Shown: positions 34,781 through 43,854, counted from the first letter of the stretch. The stretch: 64,000 nt of DNA from a virus (IMGVR_UViG_3300003316_000301:64001-128000), one strand, 5' to 3'. Notes: generated from the sequence alone by a model not told the origin. Made by a program: numbers and translations.

Positions 34781-34809
34781 AACCTACTACCAAGGATTCC
34801 TGGAGTCAA
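34781..34809 (-). promoter_or_regulatory. Repeated promoter TTGACT-N17-TAGGTT
   Basis: Spacer core CCAAGGATTCCTGG. Confidence 0.8.
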
Positions 34810-37800
34810 GCTCCCAGCTTCACCGGCTCCCAGCTACCTCCGATGCAGAGCATGATCTCCTTGACGTCCCAGGTCGCAGGCTCGACCTTGGGCAGGAACC
34901 GCACGTGGCTGTTGTGGTACTTCAGCGTGATGTGCGGAGTCCATCCATGATCATTGCGGACCTTGTACCCGTGCTCCACGAGGAGTTCGTTCAGGTCGTG
35001 CCGGATCGCCCCTCCCCCGGGGATGTCCACGGCGGCCCACAGGACATGGTTGCCCGGGTTGGTGAAGGTACCGGCTCCGCCGACGCTGGCCTTGAAGGGC
35101 TTCTGCGTACGGGCCCACGCACGCACGAGGGAGTCCAGCCCGGCCACCTGGTCCTTGGAGTGCTCCGTCTTGCTCCCGAGGTAGCACAGGGTCACGTGGA
35201 GGGCCTCCAGGGGCTCCCCGTCCTCCACCAGCAGTTTCCGGCCGATGCTCTTGGGCGGCACGATGGCGATCATGATGCCGTCGCCGTCTGTTCCCGAGGC
35301 CTGGGAGAACAGGCCGGACAAGGTCCTCCTCGCCGTCGTGGGGACCCAGGGGCTCGGTCCGGTGGGCGAGGAGTTCTTCCACTCCCGCAGGCGCTCCCAG
35401 GGCCGGTCAGGGTGCTGGTCGAGGTACTTCTCCACGACGTTCGAGAGATCGAAGAGCCCCTTGCCGTTACCAGTGAAGGCGTCCGAGCGGTGGGTGTGCA
35501 GCTCCTCCCAGAGGTTGGCCGCCATGCGCTGGCGCTCCTCCTCCGGCAGCCTGCCGATCGCCTCGATCTCGTGGAGCAGGGTCTCGGCATAGTCCCAGTA
35601 GGACTCCGGCAGGTGGGTGGCGCTCCAGTCCTTCGGGACCTCCAGGGGGTGCACGGCCCAGGTGTCGTCGGTGACGTCGTAAGCCGCGTACGGCTTGAGG
35701 TTCCTGATGTCCCAGGCCCGGGGGTTCACGAAGAACGTCCGGTCGAAGGGGCCCACCTTGCGGCCGTCGGCCAGCTCGAAAAAGTAATTGTCGACATTCG
35801 CCTTGGACCACAGGGCGTCCGTCATCTGCTGGGCGATCTCGGCATCGTCCAGCTCCTCGTGATCCGGATTCTGGTCGCGGAACTCGGTCCAGTCGATGCC
35901 GATCAGGACGTCGAAGTCCCCGTTGAAGGGCTGCCACTTGGCCGCCTCGGACCCGGCGAAGTACACCTTGGCCCAGGTCTCCCAGCCGTCGTACAGGTGC
36001 CCCAGGACGCGCCCTACGCGGTCCAGGATGTCCTGGCGGACCTCCGGGCGCAGGTGGTCGCCCTCGAAGATGCGCTGGTCGTTCTGGGCACTGTTGGGGC
36101 CCCAGTACCGGCCCTCGGGGAGCCAGGTGTGGGTGTGGGTGTAGACCGGGTGGTCCCCGATCGTGGTGTTGTCCTCGTGGCCGTGCGAGCCGTCGTCGTG
36201 AGCCCAGCCGTCCATGGTGGTCATCTGGACCCGGTGGCCCTCGTTGTCGGTCCCCATGGTTCCCGGCGGCGTGTAGGCGGCCGTCGTGGACGAGGAAGAC
36301 CCCGAGTCTCCCCCGGCGTCTCCCGAGTCGTCAGAGCCGCCCTGAAGGGCTTCCGGGACCCCTCCCATCCACCGGTTCTGGGTGTGCTTGCGCTTCTCCT
36401 CGTCGGCCTCCATGGCCCCTTGATGCTGGGCGGGTGCCTGGAAGTGCTCGTCGAACGTTCTCAGGGCGTTGTGGTGACCGTAGTGGCCCAGCAGCCCCCG
36501 GAACGTGTCAACGAAGTCCTGACCATGGCCGCCCGAGGTGAGCAGGTGGGCCATCTCGTGCAGTACAGCGTGGTTGTGGAAGTGGTTCGAACCCAGGTGG
36601 AGGCGAAGCTGCTCGTCCGGCTCCCCCAGCTCGTCCTCTCGCACGACGTAGCTGTGGTTCGGACGCAAGGTCGGCCTGACGGCCAGGTCGGCCGCCTGCG
36701 GATGCCCGTGGTCGTGCAGGATCTGCCGGGCGTGGTCCCCGGCCTCCTCCAGATCTCCGTAGCGCTGGAGATCGTGACCGCCCTCCGTCATGGCCTTCTG
36801 AGCCGCGTAGACGTTCGTGGTCCACGCATCCCTCGCCGCTGTCGAGCGCACCCCCTCCGGGTCGGAGAGATCCGGCCTGGTCAGACAGACGAACTGAGGG
36901 CTCTTCCGGGTGAACAGCCGCATCTGCCGGTGCGGGACCTCGGTCTCGGCCCGGTGGCGGACCTCCGGCCAGGACTCGGCGAAGCCGGGGTGCAGCTCGC
37001 CGGACTCGTGCATCTCGTCGATCTGGGGCGCGGTGAACCACCGGTGCCCGGCCGCCTCGTGGGAGTGCGAGCCGTCCTCGGAGGGTGTGAACTTCTCCGG
37101 GGTGTCGGCGATCACCGTGTGGTACGACCAGCCCCCGTGGTCGTTGGAGTGCGTGCCGATGTGGCCGAGCGGCGGCAGACCTCCCAGCTCCTCGTCACCC
37201 TCTCGGGTACCAGCCTCGAAAGGGGTCTCACCCCTCTCGATCGCTCCGCCGGGGATGGACCAGGTACCCGGGTGGTCGACGTGCCGCGAGCGCTGCTGGA
37301 GCAGGTAGTGGTGGGTCCCCTCCAGGTCCGTGTGGCGCACCAGGAGTCCAGCCGCTCCGCGCGCTCCCCAGTGGTCGTGTCCCTGGGCGCAGGTGACCTC
37401 GTCGGGGTCCTTCGCGGCGTGCACCCGGATGGGGTTGTCGAAGGTGTGGGTGACAGGCCCGCGTGCCGAGTGCCAGGTGATCCCCCGCACGTTCATGGGG
37501 GCGTTGCGCTTGAGGGGCACCTCCCGTTCGGGGTCCATGTCCCAGTCCCGTACGGCCCGGTCCTCCAGCACGTACGAGTTGTCCTCGATGTGGTGACGCT
37601 CGGGAGTGTCGGCGTGCAGGACCACGGCTGTCTGCCCGGGGCTGAGCCGGTCGCCGTTGAGGTGGTGGTAGCCGGGATCGTCGGTCCAGTGCACGCCGAC
37701 GTTGCCCTTGGTCAGGGTGTGCTGGAGGACGGCTCGGGCCCGCTCATCCACCGGGAGCTTCTCGTTGTGCGCCGGGTGGCTGCTGGGAAGGTCCAGGGCG

Positions 37801-39071
37801 AGGTGGCGGTACACCCGGGACTGGAGCTTGGGGTGCCACTGGTCCCACATACGCTTGTGGAAACCGTCGTCCTCCTCGTACTGGCTCTCCCCGACCTGCC
37901 GGGGCAGGCCAAAGCTCACTCCCGCCGTACGGGGCTCCAGGGGCTTGGCGGAGAAGCCGATCTCGCTCGGCTTGATCTCCGAGGGGATGTGCTCGCCGGT
38001 GGCCTCCGCCGGATGCCGGGCGGGCGCCGGAGCACCCTTCCCCGCGAGGCCGAACATGTTCCGGCTCACCCGCACGGGGACGTGATCCATCCCGAGGACC
38101 CTGGCCGCCCGCAGCCGGTGGTTGCCCTCACCGAGGTAGGCCTCCCCCGTCTTGGGGTGGTACTGGAGCATCAGGGGCTCCATGTAGCCCTTCTCGGCGA
38201 AGTGGGTCGCCACCTCCCGCGCGTGGTCCCCGTCGGTCTCCTGAGTGGCGTACGGAGCCAGCTCGTGTGTGGGCACCATCTCCACGTTCGGATGACCGGC
38301 GGTGTGCACCCGCACCCGGATGCCGTGCTGGTTCAGAAACCGGGAGGGGATGTCCCCTCCGTCGTACCTCGCTTCCAGGTCGGCCTGCTTGCGCACGGGG
38401 CTGGAGAAGTCGTACCGGTTGAAGGGCGTTCCGGTGTGGAACTTCATGCCCTCCTCGGAATACTTCTGCCCCGAGGACCAGTGGTCATTGCCCTCTCTCC
38501 ACGAGACCCCCGTGACCTTCATCGGGGCCCCGGGACGGACCGGCAGGCGCCAGGAGATCTCGGGGTCGTACTTCTCCCCGGGCCGCATGTTCTCGTGCCA
38601 GTGGTGCTTGTCCGGCGGGGTCTCGGCGTGCATGACGATGTGGGTCGTCGGGCATCCGCCGTGACCAGACTCCTCGTCGCCGCAGTTGTGTTTGCGCTCG
38701 TGGTCGTTGTACGTCCCCCAGCCGGTCTGGTTGGCGTACTCGGCGGCCTTGTGGGGGCTCGGGCTCCAGTAGTTGCCGAGGCCGCCGGTGGAGCCCTCCT
38801 CGCCCTCCGGGCCCTGGTTCTGGGCGTTCTGCTTGCGGACCTCGCTCAGCAGCAGGTGTGCCTTGGCCGCCGGGGGCTGGTTGGGGTCGTGGACGAACTT
38901 GTGGACCTCCGGCCGCAGGACCACGGACAGGCCACGGTGGACCCCCTGGTCCCGGGTGTAGCCGCTCTCGTCCGGCCGTCCCATGGGCTGCGCGTGGTAC
39001 TGGCTCTCCTCGGCGGGCGCCGCCGTCTTGTGGGCCGCCGTGGTGAACAGCTCGGTCAGGGTCTGGGACAT
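34806..39071 (-). CDS. Multi-enzyme (polyvalent) protein, ~1421 aa: ART-like x2, ParB/Srx, Nudix, HExxH peptidase, Pol-beta NTase, 2H phosphoesterase
   Basis: GGAGGT SD at MSQTLTELF; EGNHRLRAARVLG; Nudix box GGAIERGETPFEAGTREGDEELGG; HEMAH; FAGS..GDFDVL; HVTL/HITL. Confidence 0.85.
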   Translation of the reverse strand: MSQTLTELFTTAAHKTAAPAEESQYHAQPMGRPDESGYTRDQGVHRGLSVVLRPEVHKFVHDPNQPPAAKAHLLLSEVRKQNAQNQGPEGEEGSTGGLGNYWSPSPHKAAEYANQTGWGTYNDHERKHNCGDEESGHGGCPTTHIVMHAETPPDKHHWHENMRPGEKYDPEISWRLPVRPGAPMKVTGVSWREGNDHWSSGQKYSEEGMKFHTGTPFNRYDFSSPVRKQADLEARYDGGDIPSRFLNQHGIRVRVHTAGHPNVEMVPTHELAPYATQETDGDHAREVATHFAEKGYMEPLMLQYHPKTGEAYLGEGNHRLRAARVLGMDHVPVRVSRNMFGLAGKGAPAPARHPAEATGEHIPSEIKPSEIGFSAKPLEPRTAGVSFGLPRQVGESQYEEDDGFHKRMWDQWHPKLQSRVYRHLALDLPSSHPAHNEKLPVDERARAVLQHTLTKGNVGVHWTDDPGYHHLNGDRLSPGQTAVVLHADTPERHHIEDNSYVLEDRAVRDWDMDPEREVPLKRNAPMNVRGITWHSARGPVTHTFDNPIRVHAAKDPDEVTCAQGHDHWGARGAAGLLVRHTDLEGTHHYLLQQRSRHVDHPGTWSIPGGAIERGETPFEAGTREGDEELGGLPPLGHIGTHSNDHGGWSYHTVIADTPEKFTPSEDGSHSHEAAGHRWFTAPQIDEMHESGELHPGFAESWPEVRHRAETEVPHRQMRLFTRKSPQFVCLTRPDLSDPEGVRSTAARDAWTTNVYAAQKAMTEGGHDLQRYGDLEEAGDHARQILHDHGHPQAADLAVRPTLRPNHSYVVREDELGEPDEQLRLHLGSNHFHNHAVLHEMAHLLTSGGHGQDFVDTFRGLLGHYGHHNALRTFDEHFQAPAQHQGAMEADEEKRKHTQNRWMGGVPEALQGGSDDSGDAGGDSGSSSSTTAAYTPPGTMGTDNEGHRVQMTTMDGWAHDDGSHGHEDNTTIGDHPVYTHTHTWLPEGRYWGPNSAQNDQRIFEGDHLRPEVRQDILDRVGRVLGHLYDGWETWAKVYFAGSEAAKWQPFNGDFDVLIGIDWTEFRDQNPDHEELDDAEIAQQMTDALWSKANVDNYFFELADGRKVGPFDRTFFVNPRAWDIRNLKPYAAYDVTDDTWAVHPLEVPKDWSATHLPESYWDYAETLLHEIEAIGRLPEEERQRMAANLWEELHTHRSDAFTGNGKGLFDLSNVVEKYLDQHPDRPWERLREWKNSSPTGPSPWVPTTARRTLSGLFSQASGTDGDGIMIAIVPPKSIGRKLLVEDGEPLEALHVTLCYLGSKTEHSKDQVAGLDSLVRAWARTQKPFKASVGGAGTFTNPGNHVLWAAVDIPGGGAIRHDLNELLVEHGYKVRNDHGWTPHITLKYHNSHVRFLPKVEPATWDVKEIMLCIGGSWEPVKLGA

Positions 39072-39116
39072 GGCCACCTCCACCCCTTCGGGCTTGTACT
39101 GCACCCAGAGACAGCA

Positions 39117-39144
39117 GAAGGCCCCCGAGTGAACGGGGGCCTTC
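39117..39144 (-). terminator. Hairpin between terminase and polyvalent gene
   Basis: gaaggcccccg-agtgaa-cgggggccttc. Confidence 0.55.
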
Positions 39145-39286
39145 CAGCACAGTGAAGCGAGATCCCGCCAGAGATCCGACTCAGGAGGCCGCTCGCCGAG
39201 GAGCAGACCAATCACTGCGTACGTGGCCGGGTGAAACGGCCGATATCGAAAGCATGCCATGATCGCAAGCTCTTCGGCAAGGTCGC

Positions 39287-41356
39287 TCACATGCGATTAC
39301 GCCGACCACGGGAACGGGCGCTCTCGTGGAACATGTCCTGCCGGGCTCCCCGGGCCCGGCCGAATCCCCCGAGCTGACGGAAGACGTCCTGGTCAGTCCT
39401 GGGACCACCGGAGAACTCGTCTCCCCGGCTCATGCCCGGGAAGGGGTGGATACCGCTCTGCATGGCGCCCTGGGGCCGCATGGCGCCCAGCTCGGAACGC
39501 AGGGAGATGATCTGGTCCCCGATCAGGGCCATGACGCACTCCATCATCGCGTCGGCGACGTCCTTCGTCTGGACCGGCCCGGAGTCCGGGTGGTCCACCA
39601 CGCCGTTCTTCTCCTGGAGGAACCTCAGCTCCAGTTCGGCCTGCTCGTAGTAGGGCGCGTGGACCCAGCCCATGTTCACGGCGGTCTTGAAGATCTCCGC
39701 CCGGGTCCAGTTGTGCTGGCGGGTCGCGGTCTTCTCGTAGACCTGGGTGACCTTGGGCAGACCGGACTGCCGGGACCTCTTGGCCAGACGCTGGATGACC
39801 TGGGCCGAGTTGAACTGGTCGAAGGTCATCTCGGTCGGCATGAACGGCGAGAGGATGTTGCCCCAGATCCACTCCTCCACCTGGTCGTAGTCGACGATGT
39901 GATCCGTGAAGTCCTGCGGCCGGAAGTGGTGGATCCGGTCGAACACCACATGGAGCCGGTTGTCCGGGCCCGGCTCGGCGTGGGCGCAGGCCAGACCGAA
40001 GTTCGCGTTGGACTTCGAGGGGTCTCCGTGAGCCTTGTAATCCAGATCCATCCGGCCCCGGATCTGCATGCCCAGCTCCGGCTGGCCGTAGAACTCCTGA
40101 CGGGCGTGCCAGGGATGGAAGATCTCCTTGACCTTCTGCTCGTTGAGGTAGGCGTCCAGAGCCACGGCGAAGTGGCTGCGGCGCTCGACCTTGAAGGTGT
40201 CGGGGTTGGCCTGCTCCTCGCGGGCCATCTGGTCGTCGTACGCCTGAATGGCTCCCCGCAGGGGCTGGAAGTAGAGGGTCGGCTTGCCCTCGTACTCCCC
40301 GAGGTCGCCGGTGTAGCCCTCGGGGAACACCGGGATCGTGTGCGCGATCTCCCAGTCCTTGTAGATGTCCCAGCTCGCGAGCTGGATCATCAGCATCTCG
40401 GGGTAGACCGGCTCCCCGTTCTCGTCCTCCATGATCGAGTTCTGGTAGTTCACGTAGAACTGCCCGAGCATCTGCCAGGGGCTGGACGGCTCGATGATGA
40501 ACGCGTCCATGCCGAACTGGTCCAGGGACGGCTTGGCCGCCGCGTAGACCTCCTCGGCCGACCGGTTGGCGCCGGAGGCGACCACGTGGGCCATCTCGTC
40601 CCAGGCCTGGCAGAACGAGGTCGGACCTCGTCCGGCCATCAGCGTGGACTCCTTCGGGACCAGCTCGAAGGTGGCCATGTTGATGTCGTCAGGGTTCATG
40701 CCCTGCTCGGCCCGCTTCCTCATCCGCAGGAAGTCGTTCGGGGCGTAGATCGAGAGCTTCTCCGCCTGGAGGGGCGCACGGATGTACGGGGCGAAGCAGG
40801 CAGAGCCGGTGATGTAGTTCACCGCGTCCTGCCACACCGTGGCCTTGGCCTGGTCCCGCTTTCCGGCGAACACCATGGCCACGAGCTTCTTGTCCCGGTC
40901 CACGCCGTAGTAGCGCTGCGGGTCGCCCTTGGCCATGTAGTTCCACAGCACGTAGGCCATGGACAGGCCGGAGATGTGGCCCTTACCGGCACGGCGGCCC
41001 ATGACCAGGAGGGTCTCCCGGAACCACTTCCGGCCCTCCTTGCGGAGCTTGGCCATCCTGCGCCGGACACCGGGCACGACTCCGTTGTTGCCGGTCTGCC
41101 GGAAGCTCTCCTCCCACTCGTCGATGACCGCGTGGTCGTACTCCGTCAGCAGGTCGAGCCGCAGGAAGATGACCTTCAGCAGTGTGGCCTGGCGCGGGTA
41201 CATGTTCGGCCGGTCCAGGTAGTCCGCACTGAGCACGAAGGTGATCGGGTCGGGTACCGGAAGGCCGGTGAAGAGCTGGAAGAGCTTGTCCGGCCCGAAG
41301 GCGGGCGGCAGCGTGGAGACGCGCGGCTTGGACCGGACCACAGTCTGGGCGGCCAT
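39287..41356 (-). CDS. terL: Terminase large subunit
   Basis: YPRQ, Walker A MGRRAGKG, Walker B AWDEMAH, SSP, nuclease HGDPS..TFDQFNS..TKDVADA. Confidence 0.9.
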   Translation of the reverse strand: MAAQTVVRSKPRVSTLPPAFGPDKLFQLFTGLPVPDPITFVLSADYLDRPNMYPRQATLLKVIFLRLDLLTEYDHAVIDEWEESFRQTGNNGVVPGVRRRMAKLRKEGRKWFRETLLVMGRRAGKGHISGLSMAYVLWNYMAKGDPQRYYGVDRDKKLVAMVFAGKRDQAKATVWQDAVNYITGSACFAPYIRAPLQAEKLSIYAPNDFLRMRKRAEQGMNPDDINMATFELVPKESTLMAGRGPTSFCQAWDEMAHVVASGANRSAEEVYAAAKPSLDQFGMDAFIIEPSSPWQMLGQFYVNYQNSIMEDENGEPVYPEMLMIQLASWDIYKDWEIAHTIPVFPEGYTGDLGEYEGKPTLYFQPLRGAIQAYDDQMAREEQANPDTFKVERRSHFAVALDAYLNEQKVKEIFHPWHARQEFYGQPELGMQIRGRMDLDYKAHGDPSKSNANFGLACAHAEPGPDNRLHVVFDRIHHFRPQDFTDHIVDYDQVEEWIWGNILSPFMPTEMTFDQFNSAQVIQRLAKRSRQSGLPKVTQVYEKTATRQHNWTRAEIFKTAVNMGWVHAPYYEQAELELRFLQEKNGVVDHPDSGPVQTKDVADAMMECVMALIGDQIISLRSELGAMRPQGAMQSGIHPFPGMSRGDEFSGGPRTDQDVFRQLGGFGRARGARQDMFHESARSRGRRNRM

Positions 41357-41365
41357 GGTGTGCTC

Positions 41366-41833
41366 CTAGTGGCCCCAGGCGCAGTGGAGGAGGCCCTTCT
41401 CACGGTCGAGAATGGTCCACCCGCGCAGTTGGGCCAGATCGATGGTGCTGAGGCTCTCAGAGGCGTCCTGCGGCCTCCAGAAGACGGACTTGCATCCGTC
41501 GTGCGAGCACTCCACGTGGTCGGGGATCCGCTCCTCGGGCACAGGGCCCTCCTTCACTCGCTCGAACCGGAGACGGACCTCTCCGTCCACCTCCACCGTG
41601 TCGAAGAAGTTCTCGGCCGGGCGGGCCCAGACCTTGCCGTCTTCGCCCCGGTAGATGATCAGCGCCTCACCGGTCTCGGTGTGCTTAGCGCCGTGCAGAA
41701 CCTCGTAGAGGCTGCCCTTGTAGTGGCGCCACATGCCCTCAGGCTCTGCGATCTCGATCGTGATGCAGCAGATGGACGGCTGGTCCCCATGGACAGAGCA
41801 GCGGAAGACCGTCGGAAGACGGAAGTCCTCCAT
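41366..41833 (-). CDS. DUF1653-domain protein
   Basis: GMWRHYKGSLYEV..AKHTETGE..IIYR..VWARP..F..RF. Confidence 0.85.
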   Translation of the reverse strand: MEDFRLPTVFRCSVHGDQPSICCITIEIAEPEGMWRHYKGSLYEVLHGAKHTETGEALIIYRGEDGKVWARPAENFFDTVEVDGEVRLRFERVKEGPVPEERIPDHVECSHDGCKSVFWRPQDASESLSTIDLAQLRGWTILDREKGLLHCAWGH

Positions 41834-42285
41834 CAGTGACCGCATCCTTTGCCGTGCCGGTGGCCCTTCTGGACCTCCAGGATCTTGCGGGCGTCCTCGG
41901 CGGTGAGCTTGAGCTTGCCGCCGGTGCCGAGCTGGAGCAGGTCCGACTGGACCTCGTGGGACATCCGGTCGTGATCGAACACGAAGCTCTTGGCGTCCGT
42001 GCGGCCGGTGATGACGATCTCGGGGATCAGGGTCCCCTCCACCTCGGTCATGGTGCCGTCGGGGTTCGCCACCCCGGCGGAGTACCAGCGCACGGAGACC
42101 GTGAGGCCCGCCTCCAGGAAGCGGTTCTTGGCTTCGTCGGTGAAGGCCTCGTAGCTCATGCGGGCCGTACGGGTCCGGCGCTCGTTGAGCTTGTCCAGGA
42201 TCCCCTCGACCTTGATGATCTCGGAGTCGTAGAGGTTGATCGTGGAGCTGACGCCCCCGGCCTCTTCGGTCACTGCGGTGGTCAC
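41833..42285 (-). CDS. Hypothetical protein
   Basis: GTGA overlap. Confidence 0.75.
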   Translation of the reverse strand: MTTAVTEEAGGVSSTINLYDSEIIKVEGILDKLNERRTRTARMSYEAFTDEAKNRFLEAGLTVSVRWYSAGVANPDGTMTEVEGTLIPEIVITGRTDAKSFVFDHDRMSHEVQSDLLQLGTGGKLKLTAEDARKILEVQKGHRHGKGCGH

Positions 42286-42758
42286 GTCTGCTCCTCGGGG
42301 GTCTGCTCAGGGGCCTGGGCGGCCTCCTGGGGCTCTACTGCGGTCTCGATGGGCTCCGGGTCCGCCGGAGGCAGTGCGGGCGGCATGGTGCCGTCCTGGG
42401 CCCACTGAGGGGTCTCGGGATCGATGTCCCTCACTTCTTCCGGCGGGTACTGGGTGCCTCCGGACAGGTCCGGGGTCCCTCCGTAGAAGTATTCGTCGGC
42501 GACCATCCCGTACCCGGAGCCGTCGGTGTACGTGAACCAGACCCCCGCCGGTGCCGGGATGAACTGTCCGGCGGTGGTGAGGGCCTGGCCTGCCGAAGGG
42601 TTGCGGATCGCGTACATCGCGACCACGTTCTTCGGGAAGAACGTCTCGGGGTCGGGGAACCACACAGGCATTCCCCACTGGTCCAACGAAGGGACCGCTA
42701 CGCCCTCCGGGACCTGCATGGCCCAGGTGACGTAGCGGTCGTAGCTGTTGTCGGGCAC
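42282..42758 (-). CDS. Hypothetical protein
   Basis: AGGAGG SD. Confidence 0.7.
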   Translation of the reverse strand: MPDNSYDRYVTWAMQVPEGVAVPSLDQWGMPVWFPDPETFFPKNVVAMYAIRNPSAGQALTTAGQFIPAPAGVWFTYTDGSGYGMVADEYFYGGTPDLSGGTQYPPEEVRDIDPETPQWAQDGTMPPALPPADPEPIETAVEPQEAAQAPEQTPEEQT

Positions 42759-42773
42759 AGCCCTCCTGTCGTG

Positions 42774-43790
42774 CTACACGAGGCGGGAGTGGCACGTACC
42801 GCACCGCTCCGCGTGGTCGGTGACGACCCCGCCCCCGGCCCGCTGAAGGTTGCGGTGCGTGGAGCTGCGGACGTCGATCTCGGGGTTGTTCGCCTGGTTC
42901 GTCATCAGGTTCACCAGGTCGAACACCGTGGCCTGGGAGGGGTTGTCCCCGAGCGAGGGGATCAGGTCCTCCAGGTTGCCCACGGTGCGGTTCGGGAGAC
43001 CCTGCTCCAGAGCGAAGCGCCGGAGGGTTCCGGTCGGGTCCTCGCCGAGGGTCTCGTTGCGCAGGGCGTAGTAGTGCTGGATCTCCTCCTCCAGGGAGTC
43101 CACGGCCCGGCGGATCTCGGCGTTGAAGAGGGCGTAGATCTCCTCCTCGGTCGCGCCGTTGGAGGAGACGCGCAGGGACGGGTCGGCGATCTCCATGCCG
43201 TTGGTGCACACCAGGCGCCAGACGAGCTTCTCGATCTCCGGCGCGCGGTTGTTCTTGCGGTCCTGGACCACCCGGACACCGCCCCGGGAGATGTCGCCGA
43301 CGCCGGTGTCCCCCTGGGTGCCCAGCTCATGGTCCTCGGGGAAGATCACGTCGATGCGCAGCTCGTTCTGGTCGCTCCAGGAGTCGACGATCGGGGAATG
43401 CGCCGGGAAGACGGTCAGCAGGCCCTCCACGAGCTTGTGGGGACGCGTGCGAACCTCTCCGGCCCTGCGGATCTCCGAGACGCCCACGGTGTCGTTGAAG
43501 CTCACCGTGACCTCCTTGTCGGCCCGCTCGACCTGCGTGCGCAGGAGATACTGCTGCTGATCGCGCTCCAGGCGAGCGAAGAACTTCGGCGGGATGTCGA
43601 AGAACGTCGCCATGGACGCCAGGCCGTCCTTGCCCGCGAAGACCTCGTGCTCGCCGAAGCGGATGTGCGGGGTGTCGGCCTCCAGCATGGGAGTGATCTG
43701 CTGGGACACGCCGCCCCAGGTGATCAGGCGCTGGTCGAACTGGTCGCCGAGGTCTTCCAGGGTGGTGCCGGGAAGGGAACGAAGGTACAT
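42774..43790 (-). CDS. DUF932-family protein
   Basis: VGDISRGGV..LVWRLVCTNGM..TVFDLVNLMT. Confidence 0.75.
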   Translation of the reverse strand: MYLRSLPGTTLEDLGDQFDQRLITWGGVSQQITPMLEADTPHIRFGEHEVFAGKDGLASMATFFDIPPKFFARLERDQQQYLLRTQVERADKEVTVSFNDTVGVSEIRRAGEVRTRPHKLVEGLLTVFPAHSPIVDSWSDQNELRIDVIFPEDHELGTQGDTGVGDISRGGVRVVQDRKNNRAPEIEKLVWRLVCTNGMEIADPSLRVSSNGATEEEIYALFNAEIRRAVDSLEEEIQHYYALRNETLGEDPTGTLRRFALEQGLPNRTVGNLEDLIPSLGDNPSQATVFDLVNLMTNQANNPEIDVRSSTHRNLQRAGGGVVTDHAERCGTCHSRLV

Positions 43791-43817
43791 GGGGCCTCCA
43801 GGGCTCTCGTGGCGGGA

Positions 43818-43854
43818 ACGGTTTTTAAAAACCGTGTACCAAGAATCCTAGGTG
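43818..43854. promoter_or_regulatory. Perfect palindrome ACGGTTTTTAAAAACCGT next to operator-like TACCAAGAATCCTAGGTG
   Basis: Both repeated motifs adjacent, upstream of the DUF932 gene. Confidence 0.65.

Noticed and set aside
1398-34809. Repeats read as a CRISPR array, given a Cas4-like gene
   Set aside because: Repeats are separated by whole genes at kb scale and carry -35/-10 boxes; no cas1/cas2; the Cas4-like nuclease sits in a recombination operon
35370-36090. Calling the NTase a CD-NTase/CBASS cyclase
   Set aside because: Only the generic GS..DxD motif is visible; no effector or Cap genes; product cannot be inferred
39072-39290. 73-aa N-terminal extension of the polyvalent protein in the ORF track
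   Set aside because: Atypical codons, spans a terminator-like hairpin, and a strong SD precedes ATG 39071
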